This document shows, one piece after another, positions 61,591 to 64,000 of a DNA stretch of 64,000 nt (its first letter is position 1; every line of letters starts with the position of its first letter). A program made the position numbers and the translations under genes. Source of the DNA: an uncultured delta proteobacterium (GTDB taxonomy: Bacteria; Desulfobacterota; Syntrophia; Syntrophales; Smithellaceae); the NCBI GenBank assembly GCA_963753975.1, contig CAVWEH010000005.1:384001-448000 (forward strand), given 5' to 3'. The notes below the pieces were generated by a model that was not told the DNA's origin, ran no database searches, and worked only from the letters and a program-made list of their open reading frames with translations.

Positions 61591-62829
61591 ATGGAACGTA
61601 GAGTAGTCATCACAGCCTGTTCCGCAATAACGCCTATCGGTCACGGCAAAGATCGGATAACTGAAAATCTTTTAAAAGGAACATCGGGCATTAAGCCGTT
61701 ACGCGAAGATGAGTTGATCGGCCGCTACATTCATTCCCGCGTTTATGGTACAGTCGATTATCCGATTAATTATGAGTTTAAAAGGCAGCATCGCAAAACG
61801 ATGGGGCCGGTTGCCTATTACGCCTGCCAGGTGGCCAAGGAAGTCCTGGAACAAACGGGTTTACCGGAAGATTTCATAACGTCCGGGAAGATGGGAGTTG
61901 CCTTCGGTTCCATTCATGGTTCTCCGTCAGTACAGCGTGACATTTACCGTATTTTTTTTGAGGCAAAAGAAAAATCAGCTTATCAAACAATAGGCGCTGT
62001 TGATTACTTGAAATCAATGGTGCACACAACGGCTGTGAATATCACCAAGATGTTCGGCATTACCGGCCGCGTTATATCTTCAGATACGGCCTGTACGACG
62101 AGCAGTCAATCGATCGGCTATGGCTATGAGGCCGTCAAGTACGGCTTGCAGGAAGCCATGCTTTGCGGCGGTGCCGATGAATACGATACAATTACGGTCG
62201 CCGTTTTCGACAATTTATTGGCTTGTTCCACGGCCTTCAATGACGAGCCGCACCGCACTCCCCGCCCGTTTGATAAACTGCGGGACGGGCTTGTGGTAGG
62301 AGAAGGCGCGGGTGCTGTGATGCTGGAAGAATATGAGTTTGCCAAGAAGCGTGGCGCCAACATCCTGGCGGAAGTCATTGGTTTTGCCTGCAATAACAAC
62401 GGCGGCGATTTAATTTTACCTAATCTTCATGGCATAACCGAAACGCTTAAACTCGGGTTGGAAAATGCCAAGGTTAGTCCTCAAGATGTTGATTTAGTAA
62501 GCGCTCATGCTACCGCAACAAAAATGGGCGATATTATTGAAGCGCAAGCTATCGACGCTGTTTTTGGGTCTCATCCTTATGTTATCGGATTAAAGAGCTA
62601 TATCGGACATACAATGGCTGCTTGCGGCGCAATTGAAATAATCATGGCTCTTTACATGATGCGGGAAGGTTTTATCGCGCCGACATTAAATCTGGAAGAT
62701 ATCGACGAGCGTTGCGCGATGATTAAGCACGTGCAAAAAGTATTACAGTATCCGGTTAAAACCGCGGCTATACAAAATTTTGCTTTTGGTGGTGTCAATA
62801 CCATCCTGCTGATAAGAAAATTTTCCTGA
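61591..62829 (+). CDS. Beta-ketoacyl-ACP synthase (FabB/FabF family)
   Basis: TACTTSS (Cys), SAHATAT and KSYIGHT (His, His), NFAFGGVN. Confidence 0.92.
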   Translation: MERRVVITACSAITPIGHGKDRITENLLKGTSGIKPLREDELIGRYIHSRVYGTVDYPINYEFKRQHRKTMGPVAYYACQVAKEVLEQTGLPEDFITSGKMGVAFGSIHGSPSVQRDIYRIFFEAKEKSAYQTIGAVDYLKSMVHTTAVNITKMFGITGRVISSDTACTTSSQSIGYGYEAVKYGLQEAMLCGGADEYDTITVAVFDNLLACSTAFNDEPHRTPRPFDKLRDGLVVGEGAGAVMLEEYEFAKKRGANILAEVIGFACNNNGGDLILPNLHGITETLKLGLENAKVSPQDVDLVSAHATATKMGDIIEAQAIDAVFGSHPYVIGLKSYIGHTMAACGAIEIIMALYMMREGFIAPTLNLEDIDERCAMIKHVQKVLQYPVKTAAIQNFAFGGVNTILLIRKFS

Positions 62830-62835
62830 GATAAC

Positions 62836-63681
62836 ATGCCCCCAATGAGAATTCTCCAAAATGCATTCGCCTTGCTCATTACTTTACTTTTGTGGGCGTA
62901 TTTTCTTTTCGGTTCGGTTGTTTTTTTCTTTTTGTTTTACCTACCGGCATATTTATTTTCGTCAAACCGCGCAGCGGCTTTTCAGAATTTAAACCACATT
63001 CATATGAAGAACTTTTTTGCCCTGACGCGTTTGCTGATCCCCCGCATAAAATTTGACATCCAGAAAGAAATTCGGCATATACATTCATCCGTTGTTGTCT
63101 GCAATCACTTATCTTATCTTGATCCTATTTTGCTCATTTCGCTTTTCCCAAGGCAAGTGACAATAGTAAAAAGCACTTTTTTTAAGGTCCCTTTCTTTGG
63201 CTGGCTATTAAAAACTTCCGGTTACGTTCCCTCTCTGCCCAGTGAGATGCTGGGTCCGACGATGATCAAAAATCTGGAAGAAATCAAGGAACGTCTGGCG
63301 GCAGGCGGCAATTTATTTGTCTTCCCGGAAGGCACCAGAAGCAGGAACGGAAAGCTGGCGCCATTCAACAAAGGGGTGTTTAGTATCGCCCGCTACTGCA
63401 ATGCTCCGCTAAAACTAATTTTTATTAAGGATACCAATAAACTATTACGGCCGGGTTATTTTTTATTTAATACTCGCGGTTTCAATAAGATTCAGCTCGA
63501 ACTAATCGGTTCTTTGGATCCGGATTATAAAAGCAACTCTTTTTCCATTTCCGCCGTCGCCGATCAAACCGGAAAACTATTCGAAGAAAGGCTGCAAAAA
63601 GATAAAGCGCAACAAAATGAAACACCAACCCCCCGTTTCTGGAAAAAATTAGAAGCAGACTCAAACAGTTATGGAGGTTAG
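62836..63681 (+). CDS. Lysophospholipid acyltransferase (PlsC-like)
   Basis: NHLSYLD, FPEGTRS motifs. Confidence 0.9.
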   Translation: MPPMRILQNAFALLITLLLWAYFLFGSVVFFFLFYLPAYLFSSNRAAAFQNLNHIHMKNFFALTRLLIPRIKFDIQKEIRHIHSSVVVCNHLSYLDPILLISLFPRQVTIVKSTFFKVPFFGWLLKTSGYVPSLPSEMLGPTMIKNLEEIKERLAAGGNLFVFPEGTRSRNGKLAPFNKGVFSIARYCNAPLKLIFIKDTNKLLRPGYFLFNTRGFNKIQLELIGSLDPDYKSNSFSISAVADQTGKLFEERLQKDKAQQNETPTPRFWKKLEADSNSYGG

Positions 63682-63685
63682 AACT

Positions 63686-64000
63686 ATGGAATTGCAAGAA
63701 GCAATTTTAAAGCGCAGAAGCGTAAGAAAGTTTACCGAGGATATCGTAACCGATGAAGAGCTGCGCCAAATTTTCGAGGTGGCACGCTGGTCACCGTCCT
63801 GGGCTAATACTCAGGTGTGGGAATTTATCGTTGTGCGCGACAAGGCATTGATGGAAAAAGTTGTTGGCACTTATGTCGACAAAAACCCGGCAACTAAATG
63901 TTCGCTCTCCGCTTCCGCCTTGATTGTCGCCTGTGCCAAGATCGGTGTTTCCGGCTGCTATGGTGGAAAAGATGCTACGGCGATTAAAAACTGGTACATG
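63686..64000 (+). CDS. Nitroreductase family protein (truncated by the window end)
   Basis: Hand translation MELQEAILKRRSVRKF...ARWSPSWANTQVWEFIVV; SD GGAGG. Confidence 0.85.
   Translation, partial: MELQEAILKRRSVRKFTEDIVTDEELRQIFEVARWSPSWANTQVWEFIVVRDKALMEKVVGTYVDKNPATKCSLSASALIVACAKIGVSGCYGGKDATAIKNWYM

Overview
Bacterial chromosomal window of moderate GC, mostly housekeeping and metabolic genes. Gene content and arrangement (serS followed by tRNA-Ser/Ser/Arg, cimA, hsp20-lon, family III CoA-transferases with a Liv-type ABC importer) suggest an anaerobic Desulfobacterota/Syntrophales-like organism; this taxonomy is an inference. It contains an Mla/Pqi-type ABC system, ndh, 3 tRNAs, serS, murJ, proC, rne/rng, cimA, a CDF transporter, a TetR-HlyD-ABC-2 efflux operon, lon, typA, prfC, queF-yhhQ, an accessory stretch (desaturase, aminotransferase, GNAT, DUF488), an MrfAB-like helicase/nuclease pair and an aryl-polyene-like type II FAS/PKS cluster. 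The most interesting signals lie outside the ORF track: (1) an Ile-rich 26-aa leader peptide plus terminator upstream of cimA (attenuator); (2) a family of at least 8 hairpin units with conserved ends, covarying stems and a nested 15-16 nt motif; (3) a complete solo integron gene cassette and a second isolated attC site, with no integrase in the window; (4) a 111-bp IS200/IS605-like non-autonomous element in two copies, one of which replaced the queF C-terminus; (5) degenerate direct repeats bracketing consecutive accessory genes; (6) a BbsEF-like CoA-transferase pair in which one subunit lacks the catalytic Asp. Single-base indels, mostly insertions, cluster at about 10.46 kb and 28-36 kb and split several genes including lon; they are probably assembly errors.
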